Source: an uncultured Chloroflexia bacterium (lineage in GTDB: Bacteria; Chloroflexota; Limnocylindria; Limnocylindrales; CSP1-4). Taken from it: a stretch of 64,000 bases of DNA. The stretch's first letter is position 1. The number at the start of each line of letters is the position of its first letter. Of the stretch, positions 16,908 through 26,553 are shown one piece after another. The position numbers were made by a program, and so were the translations under genes. Location: positions 352,001-416,000 of the forward strand of contig OY970218.1 in NCBI GenBank assembly GCA_963713975.1, in the 5' to 3' direction. The notes under the pieces were generated by a model. That model saw nothing but the letters and a program-made list of their open reading frames with translations. It did no database searches and was not told where the DNA came from.

Positions 16908-18320
16908 TCACTGGGCCGCGGTTTCCGGGGAACCGCCGTAGGCGGCCTCGGTCTCGTGCGGGAGCGGCATGCCCTTCGCCCGCAGGTCCAGGGCCGCATC
17001 GAGCAATTCGCCGAAGATCGTCAGCGTCCGGTCCACGATGTCGCCCTGTGCGTGGGCCTCGCAGATGAACCACGGCTCACGGCTGTCCGGCTCCGGCATG
17101 GCGCCACGCGCATGCATCCCGACGGCGATGGCGTCGTAGAGCTCGTGGTCCGTGACCGCCCAGTCCCGGTACTCGCTGGCGACGTGCTCCGTGAACATGA
17201 TCCCGAACATGGACGGATGGCCCGTGAGCTGGTAGGCGAGGCCCTTGGGGTCCAGCAGCTGGCGGATGCCGGCCTGCACGCGCTCGCCGGTCCGCCGGAT
17301 GGTGTCGAGGGCGTCCGTGTCGCGGATGATCTCAAGGGTCTTGACCGCGGCCGAGGCTGCCACCCGGTTGCCGGCGTAGGTGCCGCCGTGGCTGACCTTG
17401 TCGGGCAGCACCGCCATGACCTCCTCGCGCCCGCCGAAGGCCGCGGCCGGGTAGCCGTTGCCCATGGCCTTCGCGTAGGTCGCGATGTCCGGCGTGATCC
17501 CGAAGAACTCCGCGGCGCCGCCCTTCGCGAAGCGGAACCCCGTCTTTACCTCGTCGAAGATCAGCAGGATCCCGAACTCCTCGGTCAGCGCCCGCATCGC
17601 CTGGTGGAAGCCGGGCTTGGGCATGATGCCCTGGGCGTTGCCCAGCACCGGCTCGACGATGACTGCGGCGATCTCCTCGCCCTGGCGCTCGAACAATGCC
17701 CGCAGGCGATCGATGTTGTTGTACCGGGCCGGGATGATCGTGGTCGCGACCTCGGCCGGGATGCCACGGCCCCATGCCAGGCCGACGGGGTTGTCCTCGT
17801 CGCCCAGGTCGGCCATGTTGTTGGGAGCGACGCTGATCAGGGCGTAGTCGTGGACGCCGTGGTACTGGCCCTCGAACTTGACGATCTTCGTGCGCCCCGT
17901 GTAGGCCCGCGCGACACGCATGGCGTGCATCGTGGCCTCGGTGCCCGACACGGTCATCCGGGCCTGCTTGACCCAGGGGTTGAGCTCCCTGAGGAGCTCC
18001 ATCGCCCGGACCTCGTCCTCGCTGGTCAGGGAGAAGCTGACACCCCGGCGCATGCGCTCGTTGACGTAGTCGTCCACACGGTCGTCGCCGTGACCCAGGA
18101 TCACCGGACCGTAGCCCATGCGCAGGTCGACGTACTCGTTGCCGTCCAGGTCCCAGACCATGCCGCCCTTGCCGCGGTCGACGTAGACCGTGTCGTCGCC
18201 CCACGCGCGGAAGTTGGAGTTCGTGCCCCCGGGAAGCGTCCGCATGGCCCGCTGGTACATCGCTGACTGGCGCTCGCGACGCAGGGTCGGTACGGGGCGG
18301 GCGGTGGGTTCGGCCGTCAT
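16908..18320 (-). CDS. Class III PLP aminotransferase (glutamate-1-semialdehyde aminomutase-like)
   Basis: PGGTNSNFR, SGTEATM, FEGQYHG, FDEVKTGFR, YAKAMGNG (PLP Lys), HGGTYAGN. Confidence 0.88.
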   Translation of the reverse strand: MTAEPTARPVPTLRRERQSAMYQRAMRTLPGGTNSNFRAWGDDTVYVDRGKGGMVWDLDGNEYVDLRMGYGPVILGHGDDRVDDYVNERMRRGVSFSLTSEDEVRAMELLRELNPWVKQARMTVSGTEATMHAMRVARAYTGRTKIVKFEGQYHGVHDYALISVAPNNMADLGDEDNPVGLAWGRGIPAEVATTIIPARYNNIDRLRALFERQGEEIAAVIVEPVLGNAQGIMPKPGFHQAMRALTEEFGILLIFDEVKTGFRFAKGGAAEFFGITPDIATYAKAMGNGYPAAAFGGREEVMAVLPDKVSHGGTYAGNRVAASAAVKTLEIIRDTDALDTIRRTGERVQAGIRQLLDPKGLAYQLTGHPSMFGIMFTEHVASEYRDWAVTDHELYDAIAVGMHARGAMPEPDSREPWFICEAHAQGDIVDRTLTIFGELLDAALDLRAKGMPLPHETEAAYGGSPETAAQ

Positions 18321-18483
18321 GGTGCCTCCAGGCTTCTGCCCCGCTCGACCCGGTCGGTCGGTCGCCGCCCGGGGGGCCGGCGTGCGGGGAGCCCGCGACG
18401 TCCTGGTGCATGGACCGGGACAGGCGTTGCGGGCAGTGCAACAGGTGCGGGGATCGTGCCATAGGGTCAACCGGGGCGTCAAC

Positions 18484-18565
18484 ACGGATATCGTCCGTCT
18501 TCGCCCGGATAGGCTGCGAATATCGCAGTCATGCGGCAGGTTCCACTTGCAGATCCGCGTACATT
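18484..18565. promoter_or_regulatory. Divergent promoter region with palindromes (candidate IclR operators)
   Basis: CTGCGA-ATA-TCGCAG (18514-18528), ACGGA-TATCG-TCCGT (18484-18498); -10 TACATT at 18560-18565. Confidence 0.5.
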
Positions 18566-18571
18566 GGTCAG

Positions 18572-19963
18572 ATGAAGAGCAACGACGCATCGGCGGGTGG
18601 CAGCTTCTGGTACCTCTCCGGCGATCCCGGCCCGCGGCGAGAGCCGGTTGCCGGCACGCAGCGTGTCGATGTCGCGATCGTCGGAGGCGGGTTCACCGGC
18701 TTGTGGTCGGCGATCGGGTTGCTGGAGGCGGATCCGTCGCTGCGGGTGGCCGTGCTCGAGGCCGAGCGGGTGGGCTGGGGCGCGAGCGGCAGGAACGGCG
18801 GGTTCTGCGCGGCGTCGCTCACCCACGGCCTGGCCAACGGCCTGCTCCACTTTCCGGACGAGATCGAGGAACTCGAGCGGGAGGGGGTCGCGAACCTGGC
18901 CGGGCTGGTGGCCTTCGTGCGAGCCGAAGGCTTCGACTGCGAGCTGGAGGAGACGGGGACGCTCGACGTGGCGACCGAGCCGCACCAGGTGGTCGAGCTG
19001 CACGAGTTCGCCGACCTCGCGAACCGCCACGGCCACGGTGCTGAGCTGTTGGGGCGCGACGAGATCCAGGCCGCGGTCCACTCTCCGCGATTCCTGGCGG
19101 GGATCCGCTCCGGCGGCGACAGGACCGTGATGGTCAACCCGGCCAAGCTCGCCTGGGGTCTCGCTGCGGCGGTCGAGCGCCGGGGCGGCGTGGTCTTCGA
19201 GGGATCGCGCGTGACCGGCCTGCGCCGGCGGGCCGACGGCGTCACCGTCGACGTGGCCGGTGGTGCGCAGGTCGAGGCGTCTCAGGTCCTCGTCGGGACG
19301 TCTGCCTACAGCGGCTGGCTGCGCCGGCTGGTGCCGGCGTTCGTCCCTGTCTACGACTACGCGCTGATGACCGAGCCAATGACGCCGGCTCAGATGGGCT
19401 CGATCGGCTGGCAGGGCCGCGAGGGTCTGGGTGATTCCGGCTACCAGTTCCACTACTTCCGGCTGTCCGCGGACAACCGGATGCTGTGGGGTGGCTACGA
19501 CGCGATCTACCACCCGGGCAACGGCGTGCGGCCCGCGTACGACCGGCGGCCCGCGACCTTCGAAGCCCTGGCCAGGAACTTCGCCGCCACCTTCCCGCAG
19601 CTGGACGGGATCCGCTTCACGCACCGGTGGGGCGGGGCCATCGACACCACGACGCGGTTCCACGTGACCTTTGGCGATGCACTCGGGGGCCGTGTCCACT
19701 ACGCGCTCGGCTACACCGGCCTCGGGGTGGGCGCGTCGCGCTGGGCTGCCGGCATCCTGCGCGACCTGATCCTGGACCCGGCATCACCGCGGCTGCGCCT
19801 GCGGTTCGTCCGGTCGCGGCCGTTCCCGATCCCGCCGGAGCCCCTGCGGGCGCCGGCGGTGGCGCTGATGCGGCGCGCCGTCATCGACGCCGATGCCCAC
19901 GAAGGGCGGCCGGGCATGTTCCTGCGGGCCATGGACGCGCTGGGGATCGGGTTCGACAGCTGA
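18572..19963 (+). CDS. FAD-dependent oxidoreductase (PuuB/DadA amine oxidase family)
   Basis: DVAIVGGGFTGLW, GASGRNGG, VNPAKLAWGL, GYTGLGVG. Confidence 0.88.
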   Translation: MKSNDASAGGSFWYLSGDPGPRREPVAGTQRVDVAIVGGGFTGLWSAIGLLEADPSLRVAVLEAERVGWGASGRNGGFCAASLTHGLANGLLHFPDEIEELEREGVANLAGLVAFVRAEGFDCELEETGTLDVATEPHQVVELHEFADLANRHGHGAELLGRDEIQAAVHSPRFLAGIRSGGDRTVMVNPAKLAWGLAAAVERRGGVVFEGSRVTGLRRRADGVTVDVAGGAQVEASQVLVGTSAYSGWLRRLVPAFVPVYDYALMTEPMTPAQMGSIGWQGREGLGDSGYQFHYFRLSADNRMLWGGYDAIYHPGNGVRPAYDRRPATFEALARNFAATFPQLDGIRFTHRWGGAIDTTTRFHVTFGDALGGRVHYALGYTGLGVGASRWAAGILRDLILDPASPRLRLRFVRSRPFPIPPEPLRAPAVALMRRAVIDADAHEGRPGMFLRAMDALGIGFDS

Positions 19964-20017
19964 GCGACCACCGTGCGGCACAGTGCCGGGGTGGGATCGC
20001 GAGTCACCGCCCCCGGG

Positions 20018-21700
20018 TCAGCCCGCCGGCGCCACCCAGCGGGGCAGCTCCCTGGCCAGGGTCGCGAGCGGCAGGGAGCCGTGGGCGATCAGCTCATCGT
20101 GGAAGAGCCTGAGATCAAACGCCGACCCGTCGCGCGCCTCCAGCTCCCGGCGCAGCCGCCGGATCTCGCGCATCCCGATCATGTACGAGAGCGCCTGGCC
20201 GGGCCACACGATGTAGCGATCGGTCTCGATCACCGCATCGGTCTCGGACAGCCCGGTGCGGAGCAGCCATTCGATCGACCGCTGCCGCGACCAGCCCAGG
20301 CCGTGCATGCCGGAGTCCACGATGAGTCGCGAGGCCCGCCACGCCTGGGCGTCGAGCATCCCGAAGCGCTCGGCCTGGTTCCGATACAGGCCAAGCTCGT
20401 CGGCGAGGCGCTCGACGTATAGGCCCCACCCCTCGGCGTAGGCGCCTCCCACCATCCGGGAGCCCAGCCGGCGGAAGACGTTGAGGCTCGGGTGCTCCAT
20501 CTCGAGGCTGATCTGGAAGTGGTGCCCGGGGATCGCCTCGTGATACGTCGTCGCCGCCAGCTTGGAGTAGGTCCGGCTGGGCAGGTCGTAGGTGTTCACG
20601 TAGTAGATGCCGGGCCGCGAGCCATCGAGCGAGGGCGGGAAGTAGTAGGCGAACGGGGCGTCCCGCTCCTTGAACGGCTCGACCGGACGGACCTCGCACG
20701 ACGCGGCCGGCAGCCGACCGAAGACGCGAGGTGCGATCTCGGCGGCGCGCACGATGTCCTCGTTCGCCCTGGCGACCAGCTCCTCGACGGTCGCGGCCTG
20801 GTTCGCGGGATCCGTCGCGAGGGCAAGCCGGTAGGCGGCGACGTCGTCCCCGAAGCCCGCGTCGCGCGCGATCTCCCGCCGCTCGACGTCGATCAATGCC
20901 AGCTCGTCGAGGCCCACCTGGTGGACGTCGGCCGGCTCCATGTCGAGCGTGGTCCAGGACCGGATGGCGTAGCGGTAGAGGCGGTCTCCGTCCGGCGCCG
21001 AGACGAGGCCGGGCTCCTCGCGCGTTGCGGCAAGGTACTCGCCCTCGAGTGCCTCCAGGTATCGCCGGTCTGCAGGGTAGACGACCTCGCGGACGACGTC
21101 ACGGACCCGCTCCCGGTCCTCGTCGCTGGCGACCCGGGACATCGCCGGGATGATCGCCTCGTCGATCGGGATCGCGAGCAGCTGCCGGAGCTGGCGGATC
21201 GTCCGCTCGGCGACGATCCTGGCCGCGGTCCGGCCGGACTCCCGGCTCTCCGCAAGGATCTGGATGTTGGCGTCGATCAGGTCGCCGTACCCCCGGATCC
21301 GGGCCAGCCAGGCGTCGAGGCGCTCCGGCGTGTCGGCCGGCTGGAAGTGCACGATCTGGGCGAGCACAGTCTGCGGTCCGTTGATCTGGTCCACCGCCCT
21401 GACCTCGTGGACGGCCAGGTCGTCGCCCTCCACAGCGAGGTCCGCCACGATCAGCAGCATGTCCCGCGTGATGCCGTCCTCGACGGACAGGCCCTCCGCG
21501 GGGACGGCAGAGGCCTCACGCCGCACCCGTTCGGCGAGGGCACGTGCGGCGGCACGCCCTTCGGGTCCCGGGTCGTCAAGCCGGTCGTCGAACCGGTCGT
21601 CGCCGTACACCGTCGCTGTCAGCGGCGACAGGCGCAGGTAGTCGTCCCAGAAGCGAGTGGCGATCTCGTCGATGCGGGTGGCGGGCTCGGTCACGTGCAT
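20018..21700 (-). CDS. DUF885 family protein (putative metallopeptidase)
   Basis: HEAIPGHHFQ, YAEGWGLYVE, RLIVDSGMH, PGQALSY. Confidence 0.9.
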   Translation of the reverse strand: MHVTEPATRIDEIATRFWDDYLRLSPLTATVYGDDRFDDRLDDPGPEGRAAARALAERVRREASAVPAEGLSVEDGITRDMLLIVADLAVEGDDLAVHEVRAVDQINGPQTVLAQIVHFQPADTPERLDAWLARIRGYGDLIDANIQILAESRESGRTAARIVAERTIRQLRQLLAIPIDEAIIPAMSRVASDEDRERVRDVVREVVYPADRRYLEALEGEYLAATREEPGLVSAPDGDRLYRYAIRSWTTLDMEPADVHQVGLDELALIDVERREIARDAGFGDDVAAYRLALATDPANQAATVEELVARANEDIVRAAEIAPRVFGRLPAASCEVRPVEPFKERDAPFAYYFPPSLDGSRPGIYYVNTYDLPSRTYSKLAATTYHEAIPGHHFQISLEMEHPSLNVFRRLGSRMVGGAYAEGWGLYVERLADELGLYRNQAERFGMLDAQAWRASRLIVDSGMHGLGWSRQRSIEWLLRTGLSETDAVIETDRYIVWPGQALSYMIGMREIRRLRRELEARDGSAFDLRLFHDELIAHGSLPLATLARELPRWVAPAG

Positions 21701-21843
21701 ACCCCGATGCAGCCTGGAACCGGTCGCGGTCACACGGCCGCGGGGACCTGGCGGACAGACAAGAAGCGTACCCCGGTCGGCCCGCCGACCGCGGCCGTGG
21801 TGCCGGCCCGCTCAGCGGCGGAGCCCACTCGCGTGCGGCCGTC

Positions 21844-24672
21844 TCACCCGGCCGGCCCCGGGTCGCCCGCTGCCGCGCCATCCGGCGCCGCGCCATCAGC
21901 GGCCGGGCCGTCCGCCACCTCGCCGTCGGGCGCGTCGCCGCCGGGTGCCTGGGCTGCCGCGCCACCGAAGAGGGCGAGCTGGTCGCCGGTCCGCTCCACC
22001 GCCGGGTCGAGACCGAGGAGCGGCTCCAGATCGGCCAGCTGCACGTCCTCGCGCGCGGCCCAGGCCCGGACATGGTCCGCCTTGACGAGGTGCCAGCCGC
22101 CGGTCTCCAGCCCCTCGCGGAGCAGCGGCGAGCGCTCGAGCTTGTGGCGGACGAGCTCCGCCCGCTCGGGCAGGACGACGAGGAACCGCACCAGCCGGTC
22201 GTCCGGTGGTATCCGTGCATGGCGGCGGAGGACGGTGTCTGACAGCATCGCCGTCCACTCCACCTCCCAGGCGAGGGCTGCACGCCCACGCACGTACCAG
22301 ACGACATCGACGTCCTCGAGGTCCCGCGAGGCGATCCGGCCCAGGCTGGGCGGGCCGTTGAGCTCGCGGTCACCAAGGTGGTCTGCGAGGGTCCAACGGC
22401 CGACCCTGCGCGGCTGCTGGCGCTCCCCGACCCAGCACTGGAACCCCAGCCTGTGGCCGAGGTCGACGAGATCGACGATAAGCCTGCTGTGCTCCTCGCT
22501 GCGGCGCGCCAGGTCGTCGCCGGTGGCGAGGCGCTCCGGCCGGCTGGCCATGCTCCGGTAGCTCTCCAAGCAGGCCCGCACGAGGGCCTCATCCGGGAGG
22601 TCGGGGCCCGTGAACAGGCCGGCGACCCGGTCCAGGAACGCCGCCTCGGACAACGGGCCGGCCGTCGACAGGAGGCTGAACACCGCCCACTCCACGCGAT
22701 CGGCCAGCGGCACCGCGGCGAGCTCCCGATCGGCCTTTTCGCCCAGCCACCAGCGGTCGTCCCCCAACCGGACGAGGCGCCGACCCTCCGCGCCCGCGAG
22801 CGCGGACCGGACGAGCGCGAGCAGCCGGTCGACGTGATCCTGCGTGGCCGGCGTCGCAGCGGCATCCTGGGCCTCGGCCGGGCCCGGGTCCCGCCTGCCG
22901 GCCGCTTCCGGCACGCCACCCGCAGCGGGATCTGCCGCGGCGGGCGGACGGACCAGGCGCCGAAGGTGGCCCGTCCGGTCGAGGCCAACGAGGATCTCAC
23001 CCAGCAGCCCCTCGAAGGAGACGGGCTCGCCGCGCAGCTTGAGAACGTCAACGGCGGCATCGACGACGGCGCGCTCGGCATCGCCGGCCGAGAACGGCGC
23101 GCCGGCCTGGTGCTCGGCGGGGGCGAACAGCCGGCCCGGCGCGATCGCGTCCGGATCCCCGGCTCCGCCGGGCTCGGGAGGGAGCGCGACGTTGGCCCGG
23201 GTGCGCGGGCCCCCGGGCACCGCGCCGGAGCCGGGGGGCACGAGCTCCACGACACCACCTGTGTCACGTCCCGCCTCGGGCAGCCTGGCCCCCGCCATCC
23301 GGTATCCGGCGGACACCCCACCGAGCGCGCAGGCGACGAGCGATTCCGGGCCGTCACCCTCCAGCAGGAACACGACGCGGGCGTCCCGGCCCATCACCGG
23401 CTCGACCGCGCGCAGCGACCTCGTGATCACGGCGGCCTGCCAGCCCCACGTGGGCCGGATCGCCGGCCCGAACAGCGGCTCGAGAGGCAGCGTCGAGGCG
23501 GCCTCGCGCCCCAGCGCCCATGCCGTCGCGTGGTAGGACCAGGCGAGCCGCTCGGCGACCGGGCGGAGCGGCGGTGTCCCGACCGCAAGCCGGACCCTTG
23601 GCCTGATCCCGGCACCAACCTGTCGGCGCGCCTCGAGGCCGAGGGCGTCGATGGCCGCCGGCGTGCCCTGCCTGACGACCGCGGTCGCGGCGCCCTCCGC
23701 CAGGCTCCGCATATCGTCGCCGAGGCGGGCCGGCACGGGTCCCCAGGCCCCGCTCTCCAGGCGCTGGATGAACCCGCGGACCACCCGCACGCCGTCCTCG
23801 AAGGCCAGCCACGGGTTGCGCTCGCGCCATTGGGCGTTGCCCGGCAGCTTCACGTGGCCGCTGGCGATCCGGATCGGCGCCACACGGCCCGTGGACGTGG
23901 CGAGTCGGCTCGCAGGTGCCACCGCGTGCATCAGGGCGAGCCGAAGCGCGGCGGCGATCGGCGCGGCCCGCAGGTCACCCTCCACGCGCTCCAGGATCGC
24001 CGCCAGGGCGACGATCTGGCGAGGGGTGTGAAGGTCGAGCAGCTCGTCCGCGAGCGCCTCGCCCCCCTCGAGGACGGGGAAACGGTCACGCAGCTCGCCG
24101 CGGACCTCCGCGCCTTCCTGGTCGAGGGCCCGGGCGATGTCGGCAGCGTCAACGGGCGCGTGCCGGTTCTCGCCGCCGCCCAGCTGGTCCCGACAGACGG
24201 GGCAGCGGTAGTGCTTGCGCACGGGCCGGGGCCCGGCGAGCTGCCCGTCCTCATCACCGGCATCGGCGGACCAGGTGACATCGTCGAGGATGACCTGGCG
24301 GTCACAGGTCGCACACCTGCTCAGGTAGCGGTCCGTGATCGACGCCTTGAGGCTGGATTCCCGGCGCGCGGACGCGGCAAGGGACTGGACGGCGGCGTCC
24401 AGGTGGCGCAGGTCCGGTGGCCGCAGCACGATCTCCGCCAGCAGCCGGTCCAGGGCCGTGCTCTCGAGGCTGACGGCCTTGCGCTGCCGGTCGATCGCAG
24501 ACCGGGCCACCCAGCCGCCCCGTCCGAACAGGTCCAGGACGATATCGCCCGGCGACGACGACGCCTCCAGCCGGGCCGCGACCAGGGCGGGCGGCGGCGG
24601 CGGGGCGAAGCGCTCGTACGCCGGCAGGCTGAAGCCCGGTTCGGCGCGGAGGAGCAGGGCGCGGCCAGCCAT
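21844..24672 (-). CDS. Large degenerate DNA methyltransferase-like protein with Zn ribbon and C-terminal nuclease-like domain
   Basis: GDIVLDLFGRGG (motif I-like), CATC/CPVC, GTPPL where DPPY is expected, DVDVVW..WEVEW. Confidence 0.65.
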   Translation of the reverse strand: MAGRALLLRAEPGFSLPAYERFAPPPPPALVAARLEASSSPGDIVLDLFGRGGWVARSAIDRQRKAVSLESTALDRLLAEIVLRPPDLRHLDAAVQSLAASARRESSLKASITDRYLSRCATCDRQVILDDVTWSADAGDEDGQLAGPRPVRKHYRCPVCRDQLGGGENRHAPVDAADIARALDQEGAEVRGELRDRFPVLEGGEALADELLDLHTPRQIVALAAILERVEGDLRAAPIAAALRLALMHAVAPASRLATSTGRVAPIRIASGHVKLPGNAQWRERNPWLAFEDGVRVVRGFIQRLESGAWGPVPARLGDDMRSLAEGAATAVVRQGTPAAIDALGLEARRQVGAGIRPRVRLAVGTPPLRPVAERLAWSYHATAWALGREAASTLPLEPLFGPAIRPTWGWQAAVITRSLRAVEPVMGRDARVVFLLEGDGPESLVACALGGVSAGYRMAGARLPEAGRDTGGVVELVPPGSGAVPGGPRTRANVALPPEPGGAGDPDAIAPGRLFAPAEHQAGAPFSAGDAERAVVDAAVDVLKLRGEPVSFEGLLGEILVGLDRTGHLRRLVRPPAAADPAAGGVPEAAGRRDPGPAEAQDAAATPATQDHVDRLLALVRSALAGAEGRRLVRLGDDRWWLGEKADRELAAVPLADRVEWAVFSLLSTAGPLSEAAFLDRVAGLFTGPDLPDEALVRACLESYRSMASRPERLATGDDLARRSEEHSRLIVDLVDLGHRLGFQCWVGERQQPRRVGRWTLADHLGDRELNGPPSLGRIASRDLEDVDVVWYVRGRAALAWEVEWTAMLSDTVLRRHARIPPDDRLVRFLVVLPERAELVRHKLERSPLLREGLETGGWHLVKADHVRAWAAREDVQLADLEPLLGLDPAVERTGDQLALFGGAAAQAPGGDAPDGEVADGPAADGAAPDGAAAGDPGPAG

Positions 24673-24740
24673 GCGCGGGATTGTCGCAGACGGGGCCGGG
24701 ATGGGGGTAGTGCCTTCCCGGCGCCCTCGCCGGCGTCCGG

Positions 24741-25622
24741 TTACGGCTCGTCGAGCTCGTCGGTCTCCTCGACGAACGCCTCGTCCGTCGTCTCCTCCGG
24801 CGGCAGGACTCGGTCGAGGTTCTCGATCTCCTCGTCCTCGACGTCGTCCTCGAGATCGTCCTCGAGCTCCTCGTCCTCGCGGACCAGCGTGCCCTTCGTG
24901 TACGGGCGCAGGTCGGTGGACTTGGCCGCGGTCGGGAAGCTGACCTTGCCGTAGTTGCGCGGGTCCTGGAAGATCTCGCGGATGATCAGGCGGACGTCGC
25001 GGTCGCCCAGCGAAGTGACCCCGGCGATGTACCGGTTGCCATCCGCCATGAGCTTGAGCAGGCGGGCGGCCACGCGGGGCTCGACGATGCCGATCCGGAC
25101 CCCGTTGCTGTTGGCGATCAGCCGGTTGCCGTCGGGAACGAGCTCCACCGCGTCACCCGGGTTGACCTGGGCGAGCTCGGCGGGTCGGGCGAGGTTGGTC
25201 AGGTGGGCGAACCCGGTCTTGCCGGTCTCCTCCACGAAGATGCTCACCGGCGCCTTGGAGCCCTTGACCGCCGGCACCGTCTTCTCGCCGGCCTCGACGA
25301 GCAGGACCTTCAGGCGGTCGATGTTGCGCTCCGCGATGCGGTTGGTGGGATCCAGCGCCAGCGCCTTCTGGTAGTGCTCCCGGGCGGTCCCCAGCTCGCC
25401 GAGCTCCCACAGCGACTTGGCCAGGCGGTTCTCGGCCTCGGAGTCCGGACCCAGCTCGATGAGGCGCCGGTTGGTCTCGGCCGCGTCCGCCCACTGGGCG
25501 GCGTTCGCATGCGCGATGGCCTGCTCGACCAGCTGCCGCTTGAGCCGGGTCTGGCCTGCTGGCGTCTGGGCGGCGGCGTCGATCTCGGGGAAGGTCACGT
25601 AGGGGTCGTCCTTTCGGTCCAT
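24741..25622 (-). CDS. TPR protein with C-terminal beta domain (HIRAN-like) and acidic tail
   Basis: AENRLAKSLWELGE..AREHYQKALALDPTNRIA TPR; FVEETGKT; D/E-rich tail. Confidence 0.8.
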   Translation of the reverse strand: MDRKDDPYVTFPEIDAAAQTPAGQTRLKRQLVEQAIAHANAAQWADAAETNRRLIELGPDSEAENRLAKSLWELGELGTAREHYQKALALDPTNRIAERNIDRLKVLLVEAGEKTVPAVKGSKAPVSIFVEETGKTGFAHLTNLARPAELAQVNPGDAVELVPDGNRLIANSNGVRIGIVEPRVAARLLKLMADGNRYIAGVTSLGDRDVRLIIREIFQDPRNYGKVSFPTAAKSTDLRPYTKGTLVREDEELEDDLEDDVEDEEIENLDRVLPPEETTDEAFVEETDELDEP

Positions 25623-25734
25623 CGGGACGCGGCGCGCCGGGGCGTGACGAGACATGCCACACCGGACCGGCGACGAACGCGGGCACTGGTTTCTAGCACT
25701 CCCCGGCCCCGCCGTCAAACGCGTGCGAGCCCGG

Positions 25735-26553
25735 TCAGATGCGCAGGCGGAGGTTCCAGGCCACCACGACCACCGCGAGCACCGCGAGGAGGACCGTCTC
25801 CCACAGGAAGCGGGGCTCCCGGCGCCTCGCCGGGGCGGTGGCATGGAGCGCGTCCCACAGGTAGAACACCAGGGTGAGGGCGGCAGGACCGACGAGGCGT
25901 GGCACGTCCATGGCACGGATGGCGCCCGCCGCGACGGCGATGACGATCGCGTATGTCACCGCCGAGCGCAGGGCGTCACGGGCGTTCCCGTAGCGGACGC
26001 ACGCCACCCGGTAGCCGAGCACCAGCGCGACCACGGCGTCGGCGGCGGCGAGGACCAGCAGCCAGCCCTCGGTCAGTCCCGAATCGGCGCCGGTCGCGCC
26101 GGGTTCCGGCAACCCGCCCGGCACCAGGACGGCGACCCCGGTGAAGGCCACGAAGGCGGTGAGCACCGCGGCTGCCAGGATCCGGGCCCGATCCGCATCC
26201 GTCGTGCCCGTCGCCTGGACCAGGAGCCGCAGCTCCAGCACGAGGATCCGGTCCAGGGCGAAGCCGAACAGGGCGAGCGCCGGCACCAGGCCGAGCCCAG
26301 CCGGCACCAGCTGGATGGCAGCGGCCGTCCCGCCGGTCAGCACGGCGGGGACCAGCAGGGACTCGAAGGGGCGCCTCGGAAGATCGTCGGCGCGAAGGAC
26401 CGCCGACCCGGCGAGGATCATGGCGATCGGGAGCAGGGCGACGACGATGAACGCGTCGGACTGGTCCACGAGCCGCGTGATCGCCACGAGGACGACCGCG
26501 ACGAGCACGAGCTCGCGGCGGGCCAGGGCGGCGTCAGGGTCCCGATCAACCAT
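25735..26553 (-). CDS. Multi-pass membrane protein (DUF5656-like)
   Basis: About 9 hydrophobic segments; ATG overlaps the polX stop (ATGGTTGA). Confidence 0.75.
   Translation of the reverse strand: MVDRDPDAALARRELVLVAVVLVAITRLVDQSDAFIVVALLPIAMILAGSAVLRADDLPRRPFESLLVPAVLTGGTAAAIQLVPAGLGLVPALALFGFALDRILVLELRLLVQATGTTDADRARILAAAVLTAFVAFTGVAVLVPGGLPEPGATGADSGLTEGWLLVLAAADAVVALVLGYRVACVRYGNARDALRSAVTYAIVIAVAAGAIRAMDVPRLVGPAALTLVFYLWDALHATAPARRREPRFLWETVLLAVLAVVVVAWNLRLRI

Noticed and set aside
16908-18320. Gene symbol hemL
   Set aside because: Family similarity only; the catabolic context with IclR and an amine oxidase argues against assigning it.
21844-24672. Active restriction-modification or BREX/DISARM defence island
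   Set aside because: Catalytic motifs are degenerate; no partner genes, integrase or visible compositional anomaly.
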